From Sphingobacteriales bacterium (GTDB lineage Bacteria; Bacteroidota; Bacteroidia; Chitinophagales; UBA2359), in contig CP064999.1 in the NCBI GenBank assembly GCA_016700115.1, positions 1,346,865-1,410,864 on the forward strand: a stretch of DNA of 64,000 nucleotides, given 5' to 3'. Each line of letters starts with the position of its first letter. Position 1 is the stretch's first letter. Shown in pieces: positions 28,399 through 37,843 of the stretch. Under the pieces are notes generated by a model. The model saw nothing but the letters and a program-made list of their open reading frames with translations. It was not told where the DNA came from and searched no databases. Both the position numbers and the translations under genes were made by a program.

Positions 28399-30438
28399 TC
28401 AGACGGAATATGGGTTGGGGATTTTTATTTCATAAAAAGCACTTGCCCACTTTGGCGGTTGGGGAGCTTCTCTTTCTTGTACAGGCAACAGGGCAGATTC
28501 TCTTGTTTCGGTTACAGGTGGCGGAAGAGCATCCTGATCGAAACTTTTGAGTGAAACGGACTTATCACTCACCACCAATAAAAATCCGAGCATGGCATTT
28601 GGGTAATTATAGTGCTTGATAAAGGCATCCTGCACAAAGTTTATCCATTCTGTACGTCCGCCACCGGGCAGGGGTACGGAAGCATAAACCGTAGCTCCCG
28701 GAAATAACGTAACGGAGGTTTCCGACAAAGTATCGGTAAACACATCGAACAGTTGCCCCAGATAAACCAAAGAACAAAAAAACACCTTAAAAGACGAAGG
28801 ATTGGTCAGGGCAATTTTTAAGGCACCCGAAGGCAGTTTGGTCAGGCTTTCTTTGGGAGGCACCTGGGCGTAGTTAACGACACCCCTGTTTTTGGGATCG
28901 AAAACAACCGGCTGTTCGTTTCCCGAAGAGGTTTTGAAATAAACTTTGAGGGTGATGTCTTTAGGAGAAATAAACGCTGAGGGAGCGTCGTTTTGAAAAC
29001 CCTTGATATAATTCCATCGGGCAATATGCTTTAAATAGCTGAAAACCGCATGTGCCGATGCCTCGTTAAAACCTTCAACCTGCCGGGCAACGGGTAGTTT
29101 ATGGGCATTGTAAACCAACTCATATTGGTTGTTTTTAGCAATAATCCGGTAAGCATTCAGGATATTTCCGCGGTTGGTTGCAAAAACGTTGGCGTGATGC
29201 AGTCCTTGTTTATGCTTGTTATAGTATTGGGCAAGTTGTTGCACTCCCGAATTTTCACCGGACATGGTAAAAAGCAAAGGTACGGAAAACAGGTTTCTGA
29301 CAACGGCCGGGTAGGTTTTGGATTTATCCAATCCGGAGCTGCTTTCAAATTTAAGGTTGGAATGACTGGCAAATACTTCAGAAATTTGTGCCGATGCGAG
29401 CACTGTTTTACTTTCTGCATCGAGAATATCCACTTTTACCTTATCGAGGCCAAAGGTCAGGATTCCGTGAATAGCCCCAAGCCCTAATTGCCAAACAGTC
29501 TTGTAAGGGTGATAATTGACACTGCCCTGAACAGGTTCTCCTTCTACCAATCCGCCCAAAAAACGCTGATACAAAACAGCAGGAGACTGGTTCAACGGGG
29601 TTTGCTTGTTCTGTTCCACCGCATAAATTTGCGGAATTTGCCGTACAGAATTTCCGTCGGCATCCTGATACCAAACATCTGAAACAGACATCAGCCGGTT
29701 ATACAAATCCTGATAGGTGATATTGCCGGAAGATTGTTGCAGCACCTCGATCAGTTTGCCGGTAAAAACACTGCCTTCTTCAAAGGCAAAAGCCAACTGA
29801 TTGGCTTCACAAGCAGCAAAATGAATATGATCGCCCTGTGGCAACACCTTATCTAATGATGACGCAGCAAGTGCCTGTGCTTCGGTTATTTCATTGGCAA
29901 AGATATACTCATGCCATTTTCGCTGACCAAAACGTTGACCCGATTTCGATTGGTTCGGCAATTGCTTCACCATTGCGCGGTTTCCACGGGTAATATCACC
30001 CGAATGACAACAATCGGTAATCACTACTACATGCGGTTTTTGTCCCGAAATCTTCTTAATCAGATACCGCAACTCTTTATCGGCCAAACCATTCACGTTA
30101 AAAAAGTCATGGCAAACTAATGTTTCGATGGCCTCATCTGTTTCTGTTTGCTTAAAAGCAGCATGAGCTCCTTCCAGAGTACCATGTCCTGAAAAATAAA
30201 ACAGGGCGACATCGCCTTCCCCTGCCTGCCCTAAATGTTGTAAAAAGGCGTTGACAATTGCATTTTTTGTAGCCTGTGAATCTGTCAGCATTTTTACTTT
30301 CAGCGTTGCCCTTGTGCGGGCAGATGCTTCTTCAAGAAAAGTTTTTATATTGTTGGCATCATTCACACAACCGGACAGCGCAGAAGATGTTTGATACTGA
30401 TTGATGCCGACCAATAAGGCATAGATGGTTTTAGCCAT
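28399..30438 (-). CDS. caspase-family (peptidase C14) protein with ~430-aa C-terminal region of unknown function
   Basis: The N-terminus YALLVGINQYQ...LSGCVNDA, the catalytic His in FSGHGT and the Cys in ITDCCHSGD form a caspase/orthocaspase His-Cys dyad arrangement. Confidence 0.7.
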   Translation of the reverse strand: MAKTIYALLVGINQYQTSSALSGCVNDANNIKTFLEEASARTRATLKVKMLTDSQATKNAIVNAFLQHLGQAGEGDVALFYFSGHGTLEGAHAAFKQTETDEAIETLVCHDFFNVNGLADKELRYLIKKISGQKPHVVVITDCCHSGDITRGNRAMVKQLPNQSKSGQRFGQRKWHEYIFANEITEAQALAASSLDKVLPQGDHIHFAACEANQLAFAFEEGSVFTGKLIEVLQQSSGNITYQDLYNRLMSVSDVWYQDADGNSVRQIPQIYAVEQNKQTPLNQSPAVLYQRFLGGLVEGEPVQGSVNYHPYKTVWQLGLGAIHGILTFGLDKVKVDILDAESKTVLASAQISEVFASHSNLKFESSSGLDKSKTYPAVVRNLFSVPLLFTMSGENSGVQQLAQYYNKHKQGLHHANVFATNRGNILNAYRIIAKNNQYELVYNAHKLPVARQVEGFNEASAHAVFSYLKHIARWNYIKGFQNDAPSAFISPKDITLKVYFKTSSGNEQPVVFDPKNRGVVNYAQVPPKESLTKLPSGALKIALTNPSSFKVFFCSLVYLGQLFDVFTDTLSETSVTLFPGATVYASVPLPGGGRTEWINFVQDAFIKHYNYPNAMLGFLLVVSDKSVSLKSFDQDALPPPVTETRESALLPVQEREAPQPPKWASAFYEIKIPNPYSV

Positions 30439-30697
30439 AGCTGTAATTAATTAAGAAAAGACAAAGCCGTGAAAGATAGAAACGGGGGCTTTCGGTAATG
30501 GGTAAAGTTAGCATTTTATTGTTCAATTGATACGGGTATTAAATTGCCAAAAAAATATAAAAGGTAAATTCAGTATAAAACCGGCGTAATTTGTCTTTCT
30601 TTTTAAAAAAAATGAATTTTTTATCCCGATAATGAGTTACAAAAAAAGAAGAACAACTAAATTGGCTGATCAATATTTTTAACCAAACCCGTAACCC

Positions 30698-31273
30698 ATG
30701 GAATGGTGGAATGCCTTAGATTTTCAGATGCAGTTTTTCTGGACTGTATCAATAATTGGTACTGTCTTGTTTGTGATTCAACTGGCACTTAATTTTCTTG
30801 GACACGATTTTGGCGCTGATGATATCACCACAGACTTTGAACTGACCGCCGAATTTGGTATTTTTTCTTTGCGCAGCCTGCTGGCCTTTGCCACATTATT
30901 CGGTTGGACGGGCATTGTCCTGCTCAACGAGGGTTATTCGCTTCCGGTGGTCATACTTTCCTCACTTATTGCCGGCGGGGTAGCCATGTTTTCGGTAGCC
31001 TATCTTTTTTTTCTGTTTTTGAAAATGCAGCATAAGGGCAGTGTATTCGACCCCTACGCCACCTTGGGGCAAGTGGCCGATGTTTACCTCACAATTCCGG
31101 CCGATATGAAGGGAATGGGTAAAATCCATATCACTATCGAAGGGAGTTTTAAAGAGTTGGATGCAGTAAGCGCGGAACTCCATCCCATTGCAACCGGCCA
31201 AAAAATCAGGATTATTGACATTAAATCGGACAATGTGGTGGTGGTTGAGCCGCTGCTGTCTCTCGAAGAATAA
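30698..31273 (+). CDS. NfeD-like (YqiJ-type) membrane protein with C-terminal OB-fold
   Basis: Three or four N-terminal TM helices followed by a ~70-aa beta-rich C-terminus. It lies immediately upstream of a flotillin gene, which is the canonical nfeD-SPFH pairing. Confidence 0.55.
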   Translation: MEWWNALDFQMQFFWTVSIIGTVLFVIQLALNFLGHDFGADDITTDFELTAEFGIFSLRSLLAFATLFGWTGIVLLNEGYSLPVVILSSLIAGGVAMFSVAYLFFLFLKMQHKGSVFDPYATLGQVADVYLTIPADMKGMGKIHITIEGSFKELDAVSAELHPIATGQKIRIIDIKSDNVVVVEPLLSLEE

Positions 31274-31300
31274 TCTATTTATACATCAAATATCCACATT

Positions 31301-32701
31301 ATGGAAGCACTTTTTTCAATTTTTGGTATCACCGCCCTACTACTGTTTGGCGTTTTGAGTTTTCTGATTTCACGCTACAAACGCTGTCCATCCGACAAAA
31401 TTCTGGTGATTTACGGAAAAACCGGAGGCAACCATGCATCCCGTTGTATCCATGGAGGGGCGGCATTTATCATTCCGGTTTTTCAGGATTATGCCTTTTT
31501 AGACCTTACCCCCCTTTCCATAGATGTTGACTTGAAAAGTGCCCTGAGCAAGCAAAACATACGGGTAGATGTGCCTTCCCGTTTTACGGTGGGGGTCTCT
31601 AAAGAAACCGGAGTGATGGAAAACGCCGCCGACCGCCTGCTGCATCTGAACATGGATACTGTCAGGTCTTTGGCTCATGATATTATTGTCGGGCAAATGC
31701 GTTTGGTGATTGCTACCATGCAGATTGAAGAAATCAATGCCGACCGCGACAAATTTGTTTCTTACGTTTTTTCCAACGTGGGGATAGAGTTGAAAAAAAT
31801 AGGGCTCGACCTGATCAATGTTAATGTTACCGACATTAAAGACGAATCGGGTTATATCACGGCCCTGGGGCGTGAAGCTGCCGCTCAGGCCATTAATGAA
31901 GCCAAAAAAATAGTGGCAGAAAAAAACAGGGATGGCGCTATTGGGGAAGCCAACGCCAAACAGGATGAACGGGTAAAAGTGGCAGATGCCGAATCAAAGG
32001 CTAAGGTGGGGGAGGCAGAAGCCAATGCAGAAATGATTAAAGGGCAAAACCTGACAAAAATTGCCATTGCCAACTCGGAGGCCGAGAGGCGGGAAAGGGA
32101 AGCGGAAGCTCAGCGCAGAGCCAGTATTGCCGAGAATGTGCAGGCGGCAGAAGCCCTTGAAGCGACCTATATTGCCCAACAAAAAGCAGAGTTAGCCCGT
32201 ATCGAATTAGAAAAAACCACTTTGAGCGCCAACGAATTGGTTCAGGCGGATATTGACAAACAAAAAATTCAAATAGAAGCAGAAGCTCATGCCGAACAAA
32301 TCCGCCGTCTTGCACAGGGTGAAGCCGATGGTATTCTGGCAAAAAGACGCGCCGAAGCTTTAGGTTTGTATGAAATTTTGAGCAAACAAGCCGAGGGGTT
32401 TGCCAAAATAATTGAAGCAGCAGGAAACAATTCACAGGATGCCGTGCTGATGATGATTACCGACAAACTGCCCGAACTGGTCAAAACTCAGGTGGAGGCC
32501 ATTAAAAACATTAAGATAGACAAAGTTACCGTTTGGGATAACGGCGGCGGAGAATCTGACGGCAATGCGACTTCCAAATTTGTGTCGGGACTTTATAAAT
32601 CCATCCCCCCTTTACAAGATTTGTTCAAAATGGCCGGCATGAACCTGCCTACTTATCTCGGTGAAAGTGCGGAAACCGGCAAAAAGGAAACGGAAAAGTA
32701 A
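31301..32701 (+). CDS. flotillin-like SPFH/band-7 protein (YqiK-type) with Ala/Glu-rich coiled coil
   Basis: N-terminal TM helix, an SPFH core (ILVIYGKTGG...) and a long EA-rich heptad region (AEAQRRASIAENVQAAEALEA...). Confidence 0.75.
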   Translation: MEALFSIFGITALLLFGVLSFLISRYKRCPSDKILVIYGKTGGNHASRCIHGGAAFIIPVFQDYAFLDLTPLSIDVDLKSALSKQNIRVDVPSRFTVGVSKETGVMENAADRLLHLNMDTVRSLAHDIIVGQMRLVIATMQIEEINADRDKFVSYVFSNVGIELKKIGLDLINVNVTDIKDESGYITALGREAAAQAINEAKKIVAEKNRDGAIGEANAKQDERVKVADAESKAKVGEAEANAEMIKGQNLTKIAIANSEAERREREAEAQRRASIAENVQAAEALEATYIAQQKAELARIELEKTTLSANELVQADIDKQKIQIEAEAHAEQIRRLAQGEADGILAKRRAEALGLYEILSKQAEGFAKIIEAAGNNSQDAVLMMITDKLPELVKTQVEAIKNIKIDKVTVWDNGGGESDGNATSKFVSGLYKSIPPLQDLFKMAGMNLPTYLGESAETGKKETEK

Positions 32702-33091
32702 GCCATCGTCTTTTCAGTTTTAACAAGAGTTGTAGTTTCTACTGTTATTGTCAAACATAAAACACAGCACTGCCCGATGTTGGTCAATGCTGTGTTTTTA
32801 CTTTGCAGTCAGTTATTTAACCAGCTTCAACATTTAAGGAAGGGCTAACAGATTTTGACAAAGTACGGCAACATTGGGAATATTGCTGTTAACAGAAGCA
32901 TTGCTCTCCCCCCTCCTGTAATCCCTAAACTTAAACCTTAATACCTAAACTCACCTCAAAGGATGTATATTTGTGCTTTCATATTTAGCAGACAGTAACT
33001 GTGTTCGCCATTGGTGTGTTAAACTGTTAAGTCTGAAACTGATGCTTTTAACCTGAAGCCCCTGTTACCAACTGCCCCTAAAAAAGACTCC

Positions 33092-35194
33092 ATGACTGCC
33101 ACAAAACGCTACTTAGTTACTGCTGCCCTGCCCTATGCCAACGGGCCTCTTCATATCGGACATCTTACAGGTGCCTATATTCCTGCCGATATTTATGTTC
33201 GATACCTCCGGCTGACCGGTGAAGATATTGTGTTTGTTTGCGGCTCGGACGAGCATGGCGCAGCAATTACCATCCGCGCCAAACAGGAAGGAATTACCCC
33301 GCGCCAGATTATTGACAAATATCACGAAATCAACAAAAAGGCTTTTGAGCAAATCGGCATCTCTTTTGACATTTACCACCGCACCTCCGACCCGCTGCAT
33401 CACCAAACCTCGCAGGCAGTTTTTAAACAACTGTTCGACCAGGGGGTGTTTACCGAAGTCAGTGCCGAACAATATTTCGACGAAGAATTTCAGCAGTTTT
33501 TAGCCGACCGTTATATCGTTGGAACTTGTCCTAAATGCTATAACCCCAATGCCTATGGCGACCAATGCGAAAAATGCGGCAGCAGCCTCAGCCCTACCGA
33601 GCTGATTGAACCCCGTTCGACCCTTAGCGGCAAACCTCCGGTTCTGAAACCAACCACTCATTGGAACCTGCCCATGAACCGGTATGAAACCTGGGTAAAA
33701 AACTGGATCGAAGACATCCAACTTAAAGAACCCTGGAAAAAACACGTTATAGGCCAATGCCGCTCATGGATTGAGCAAGGACTTCAGGAGCGCGCCATGA
33801 CCCGCGATCTGGATTGGGGTGTGCCTGTTCCTCTGCCGGATGCAGACGGCAAGGTGCTGTATGTTTGGTTAGATGCCCCTATCGGTTATATTTCTGCCAC
33901 CAAAGCCCTGTTGCCCGAAAAGTGGCAAACTTACTGGCAGGACGACCAAACCAAATTAGTCCATTTTATCGGGAAAGATAATATTGTGTTTCACTGCATC
34001 ATCTTTCCGATTATTTTACATGCCTTAGGCAATTATACCCTTCCTCTGAACATACCGGCCAATCAGTTTATGAATCTGGAAGGTGAAAAAATGTCCACCT
34101 CGCGCAACTATGCCGTTTGGCTTCACGAATATCTCCACGATTTTCCGGATAAGGAAGATGTGCTGCGTTTTGTGCTGACCGCCAACATGCCCGAGCAAAA
34201 AGACAGCGATTTTAGCTGGTCAGATTTTCAGGCAAGAAATAACAATGAACTGGTAGCAATACTCGGAAATTTAGTCAACCGTGTTCTGGTACTGATTCAT
34301 AAATATTACAACGGTATTTTACCCCAGATTTCTCAGGAAGCCAAACAGGCCATACATGCTCAGTCCGCAGAGGTGTATCAGGTTTTGCAACATGCCCCCG
34401 GACAACTGCACACCTATATTCACCAATATGAGTTCCGCAACGCCCTCAACGTGGTGTTGGATATGGCCCGCACCGGAAACAAGTTTTTAACCGACACCGA
34501 ACCCTGGAAACTATACAAAATACATCCTGAACAAACGGCTGCCGTTTTGGAAACCTGCCTGACTTTAATTGCCTGGCTGGGAGTGTTTTGCGAGCCATTT
34601 TTACCATTTACCGCCGCCAAAATCTGCCGCCTGATAAACCTGAATGAGGCAGACAAACAGGCTGTTTTGCAGGGCACTTACCGCGTGTCGGCCGGAAAAA
34701 CAGTAAACCCGCCCGAACTGTTGTTTGAAAAAATAGAAGATGCCGCCATTCAAACCCAGACAGACCGGTTAGCCCGTGCTAAGAACGGGGTTCAACAAGG
34801 TTCCGGCACAGAGCATCAGGAAACAACCACTGCCGGAGAAACAGAAACGGGAAATGTGGTGCCTTTGAAAGACCTGATTCAATACGATGACTTTGCCAGA
34901 TTAGATTTTCGAATTGCGACGGTGAAGTCTGCAGAAAAAGTGCCCAAAGCCGATAAACTGCTGAAACTAACCCTCGACCTCGGATTTGAAGAGCGAACAG
35001 TAGTATCAGGAATTGCCGAACATTATCAACCTGATGAAGTAGTAGGGCGGCAAATTCTCTTATTGGCAAACCTCGCCCCCCGAAAACTGCGCGGAATTGA
35101 AAGCAACGGCATGATTTTGATGGCTGATAGTGGGGGAAAACTGATTTTTGTTTCACCGGCGGAAACTGCCATAAACGGAAGTACGGTAAATTAG
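33092..35194 (+). CDS. metG: methionine--tRNA ligase with C-terminal EMAP/tRNA-binding domain
   Basis: The motifs ALPYANGPLHIGHL (HIGH), the CxxC knuckles and KMSTS are present, followed by a C-terminal tRNA-binding domain. Confidence 0.9.
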   Translation: MTATKRYLVTAALPYANGPLHIGHLTGAYIPADIYVRYLRLTGEDIVFVCGSDEHGAAITIRAKQEGITPRQIIDKYHEINKKAFEQIGISFDIYHRTSDPLHHQTSQAVFKQLFDQGVFTEVSAEQYFDEEFQQFLADRYIVGTCPKCYNPNAYGDQCEKCGSSLSPTELIEPRSTLSGKPPVLKPTTHWNLPMNRYETWVKNWIEDIQLKEPWKKHVIGQCRSWIEQGLQERAMTRDLDWGVPVPLPDADGKVLYVWLDAPIGYISATKALLPEKWQTYWQDDQTKLVHFIGKDNIVFHCIIFPIILHALGNYTLPLNIPANQFMNLEGEKMSTSRNYAVWLHEYLHDFPDKEDVLRFVLTANMPEQKDSDFSWSDFQARNNNELVAILGNLVNRVLVLIHKYYNGILPQISQEAKQAIHAQSAEVYQVLQHAPGQLHTYIHQYEFRNALNVVLDMARTGNKFLTDTEPWKLYKIHPEQTAAVLETCLTLIAWLGVFCEPFLPFTAAKICRLINLNEADKQAVLQGTYRVSAGKTVNPPELLFEKIEDAAIQTQTDRLARAKNGVQQGSGTEHQETTTAGETETGNVVPLKDLIQYDDFARLDFRIATVKSAEKVPKADKLLKLTLDLGFEERTVVSGIAEHYQPDEVVGRQILLLANLAPRKLRGIESNGMILMADSGGKLIFVSPAETAINGSTVN

Positions 35195-35263
35195 CAAAAC
35201 GTTATTGGGGTGGATTGGTAAATAAATGTGTATAACCATAAAGTGAAAGTAGGCGATTAGTCA

Positions 35264-37441
35264 TTGAAAACTAATTCCAAAAATCAGGTAAATGATTACC
35301 AACCTGTATCAGACACCATGAGCGACAACCGGCAACATCATATATTGGACACCCCAATTGAGTACCTGAAAGGCGTTGGCCCTAAACGGGGAGATGTGTT
35401 GCGCAAAGAGGCGGAAATATTTACCTTTGGCGACCTGCTGGAATATTATCCCTTCCGCTATATTGACAAAACCGAGCTACATACCATAGCCAATATCACC
35501 CCCGAACAAACCACCGTTCAGTTGAGAGGGGTACTGACCAACCTTCAAACTACCGGCGACCAACGTGCCAAGCGACTAACCGCCTTGTTTAATGACGGAA
35601 CCGGCAGCATCGAACTGGTATGGTTTCAAAACGTCTCTTACCAACGCGCTGCTCTAAAAGAAGAGAAAGCCTATTTGGTTTTTGGAAAACCTGTGTTTAA
35701 GTATGGCAGAATCAGCATCGTGCATCCTGAAATGCAGGCTGCTGATGAAGAGGCAGACTTTGACAGCCGCCTGGAACCGGTGTATAACAGTTCCGAAAAA
35801 ATGAAAAAAAACGGACTGACCAGCCGGGGGATTTATAAACTAATGCAGGTGCTGTTTGAAAAACTCCACCTTTTCGATGTGCCCGAAATTTTACCGCCTT
35901 TTATCCTTGATCAATACCGGCTCGCCGGCCGATTCGATGCGCTGAAAAACATACATCTGCCATCTGAAACCAATCAGGTTGCTCAGGCGCGCCTCCGTTT
36001 GATTTTCGACGAGTTCTTTTTTATTCAATCAAGGCTGCTTCAGCGTAAAAACAACCGCAAAACAGTGTCCCAGGGGTTTGTTTTTTCCGAAATCGGGCAT
36101 TATTTCAACACATTTTACCACCAATACCTGCCCTTTGAATTAACCGGCGCTCAAAAACGGGTGGTCAAGGAAATCCGGAAAGACACCCTTACCGGTCATC
36201 AGATGAACCGGTTGGTACAGGGAGATGTGGGCAGCGGTAAAACGGTGGTAGCTCTTCTGACCGCTTTAATTGCCATGGACAACGGGTTTCAGGCCTGCAT
36301 GATGGCCCCCACCGAAATTTTGGCACAGCAGCACTTTAACAACATGACCGCTTTGTTAAAAGACACAGACGTTAACATTGAATTGCTGACCGGCTCGGTA
36401 AAAGGGAAACAACGCCGCACCCTGCTCGAAAACCTTGAACTTGGGAGGATACATATTCTAATCGGTACTCATGCCCTGATTGAAAACACCGTAGTTTTTC
36501 AAAATCTCGGTTTGGTCATCATTGACGAACAACACCGGTTTGGAGTCGCTCAGCGAGCAAGCCTTTGGGAAAAAGCACAAGACAAATATCCGCATATCTT
36601 GGTCATGACCGCTACCCCGATTCCCCGAACACTGGCAATGACCGTTTATGGCGACCTCGATGTTTCCGTCATAGACGAACTGCCGCCCGGCCGCAAACCC
36701 ATCATTACCCGTCATGCCACAGACAAACACCGGCTGGAAATCTTTGAGTTTATGCGCAAACAAATTGCCGAAGGAAGGCAGGTGTATGTTGTCTATCCCC
36801 TCATTCACGAATCGGAAGCCCTCGATTACAAAGACCTTATGGACGGATATGAAAGCATCAGCCGCGCTTTCCCGATGCCGGACTATCAACTGAGCATTGT
36901 TCACGGAAAAATGAGTGCGCAAGACAAAGAATACGAGATGCAGCGCTTCAAACAGGGAATTACCCATATCATGGTTGCCACCACTGTTATCGAAGTCGGG
37001 GTTGATATTCCCAATGCCTCGGTCATGATCATCGAAAGTGCCGAAAGATTCGGGCTTTCTCAGCTCCACCAGTTGCGCGGACGGGTAGGAAGGGGCGGAA
37101 GCCAATCTTATTGCATTTTGGTAACCGGACATAAAATGACCAAGGAAGGTAAAGTGCGTATGAATACCATGGTCGAAACATCGGACGGGTTTAAAATTGC
37201 TGAAGTGGATTTAAAACTTCGCGGCCCCGGCGACATAGAAGGTACTCAGCAAAGCGGTATTCTCAATCTGAAATTAGCCGATATTGTTCGTGACTCTAAA
37301 ATTCTTCAGGCTGCAAGAGATGCTGCCACACAACTCATTCAAAAAGACCCCAACCTGAACTTCCCGGAACACAGACCTCTAAAACAGTATTTAGAAGCGC
37401 AAAGCAAAAATACACGAAGCCGGTGGAGTAAAATTTCTTAA
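35264..37441 (+). CDS. recG: ATP-dependent DNA helicase RecG (true start may be the internal MSDNRQ at 35318)
   Basis: Helicase motif I GDVGSGKT, then DExH, and the wedge domain pattern LKGVGPKRGDVL... The length is about 700 aa. Confidence 0.9.
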   Translation: MKTNSKNQVNDYQPVSDTMSDNRQHHILDTPIEYLKGVGPKRGDVLRKEAEIFTFGDLLEYYPFRYIDKTELHTIANITPEQTTVQLRGVLTNLQTTGDQRAKRLTALFNDGTGSIELVWFQNVSYQRAALKEEKAYLVFGKPVFKYGRISIVHPEMQAADEEADFDSRLEPVYNSSEKMKKNGLTSRGIYKLMQVLFEKLHLFDVPEILPPFILDQYRLAGRFDALKNIHLPSETNQVAQARLRLIFDEFFFIQSRLLQRKNNRKTVSQGFVFSEIGHYFNTFYHQYLPFELTGAQKRVVKEIRKDTLTGHQMNRLVQGDVGSGKTVVALLTALIAMDNGFQACMMAPTEILAQQHFNNMTALLKDTDVNIELLTGSVKGKQRRTLLENLELGRIHILIGTHALIENTVVFQNLGLVIIDEQHRFGVAQRASLWEKAQDKYPHILVMTATPIPRTLAMTVYGDLDVSVIDELPPGRKPIITRHATDKHRLEIFEFMRKQIAEGRQVYVVYPLIHESEALDYKDLMDGYESISRAFPMPDYQLSIVHGKMSAQDKEYEMQRFKQGITHIMVATTVIEVGVDIPNASVMIIESAERFGLSQLHQLRGRVGRGGSQSYCILVTGHKMTKEGKVRMNTMVETSDGFKIAEVDLKLRGPGDIEGTQQSGILNLKLADIVRDSKILQAARDAATQLIQKDPNLNFPEHRPLKQYLEAQSKNTRSRWSKIS

Positions 37442-37843
37442 AAAGTACCGGTTTGAATGACAGGGTAACCAAATTCCTCAGTACCTGATTTTCCTTTGTT
37501 TAAGCGTGTTTGGCGGGTACGGGAATCCTGAACCGGCATATACGTAACCAGCATCCTTTCTTATCTAACCACCTTGTCAACAATGGGTTGGAAAGAATTT
37601 TCAGAATGTTATAAGTCTATGTCAAAGTGCCAAGACAGTTCAAGCACTTTCAGCAGACCTTTGCCGTCATTCATTTTATTTTTGACATAGCCATTAAAAA
37701 CTGAAAATCCGTATTAGCTGCATTCAGTAGGGTGGTCAATTTCCAACAACATTATTTCCGAGCTTTATTATTATTATTAATTGGTACTATAAGAATTTCT
37801 AAAATTTTCATATTAAAAAAGTGCCTATAATTAAAGCAATTAT

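Noticed and set aside
28122-28550. 142-aa plus-strand ORF
   Set aside because: It runs through the A/T-homopolymer-rich upstream element R and overlaps the 3' end of the caspase-like gene on the other strand. It has no coding features.
32700-33091. Possible small RNA or leader upstream of metG
   Set aside because: I looked for tRNA-like or T-box-like structure in this 390-bp gap and saw nothing convincing by eye. I cannot exclude an ncRNA without covariance-model searches.
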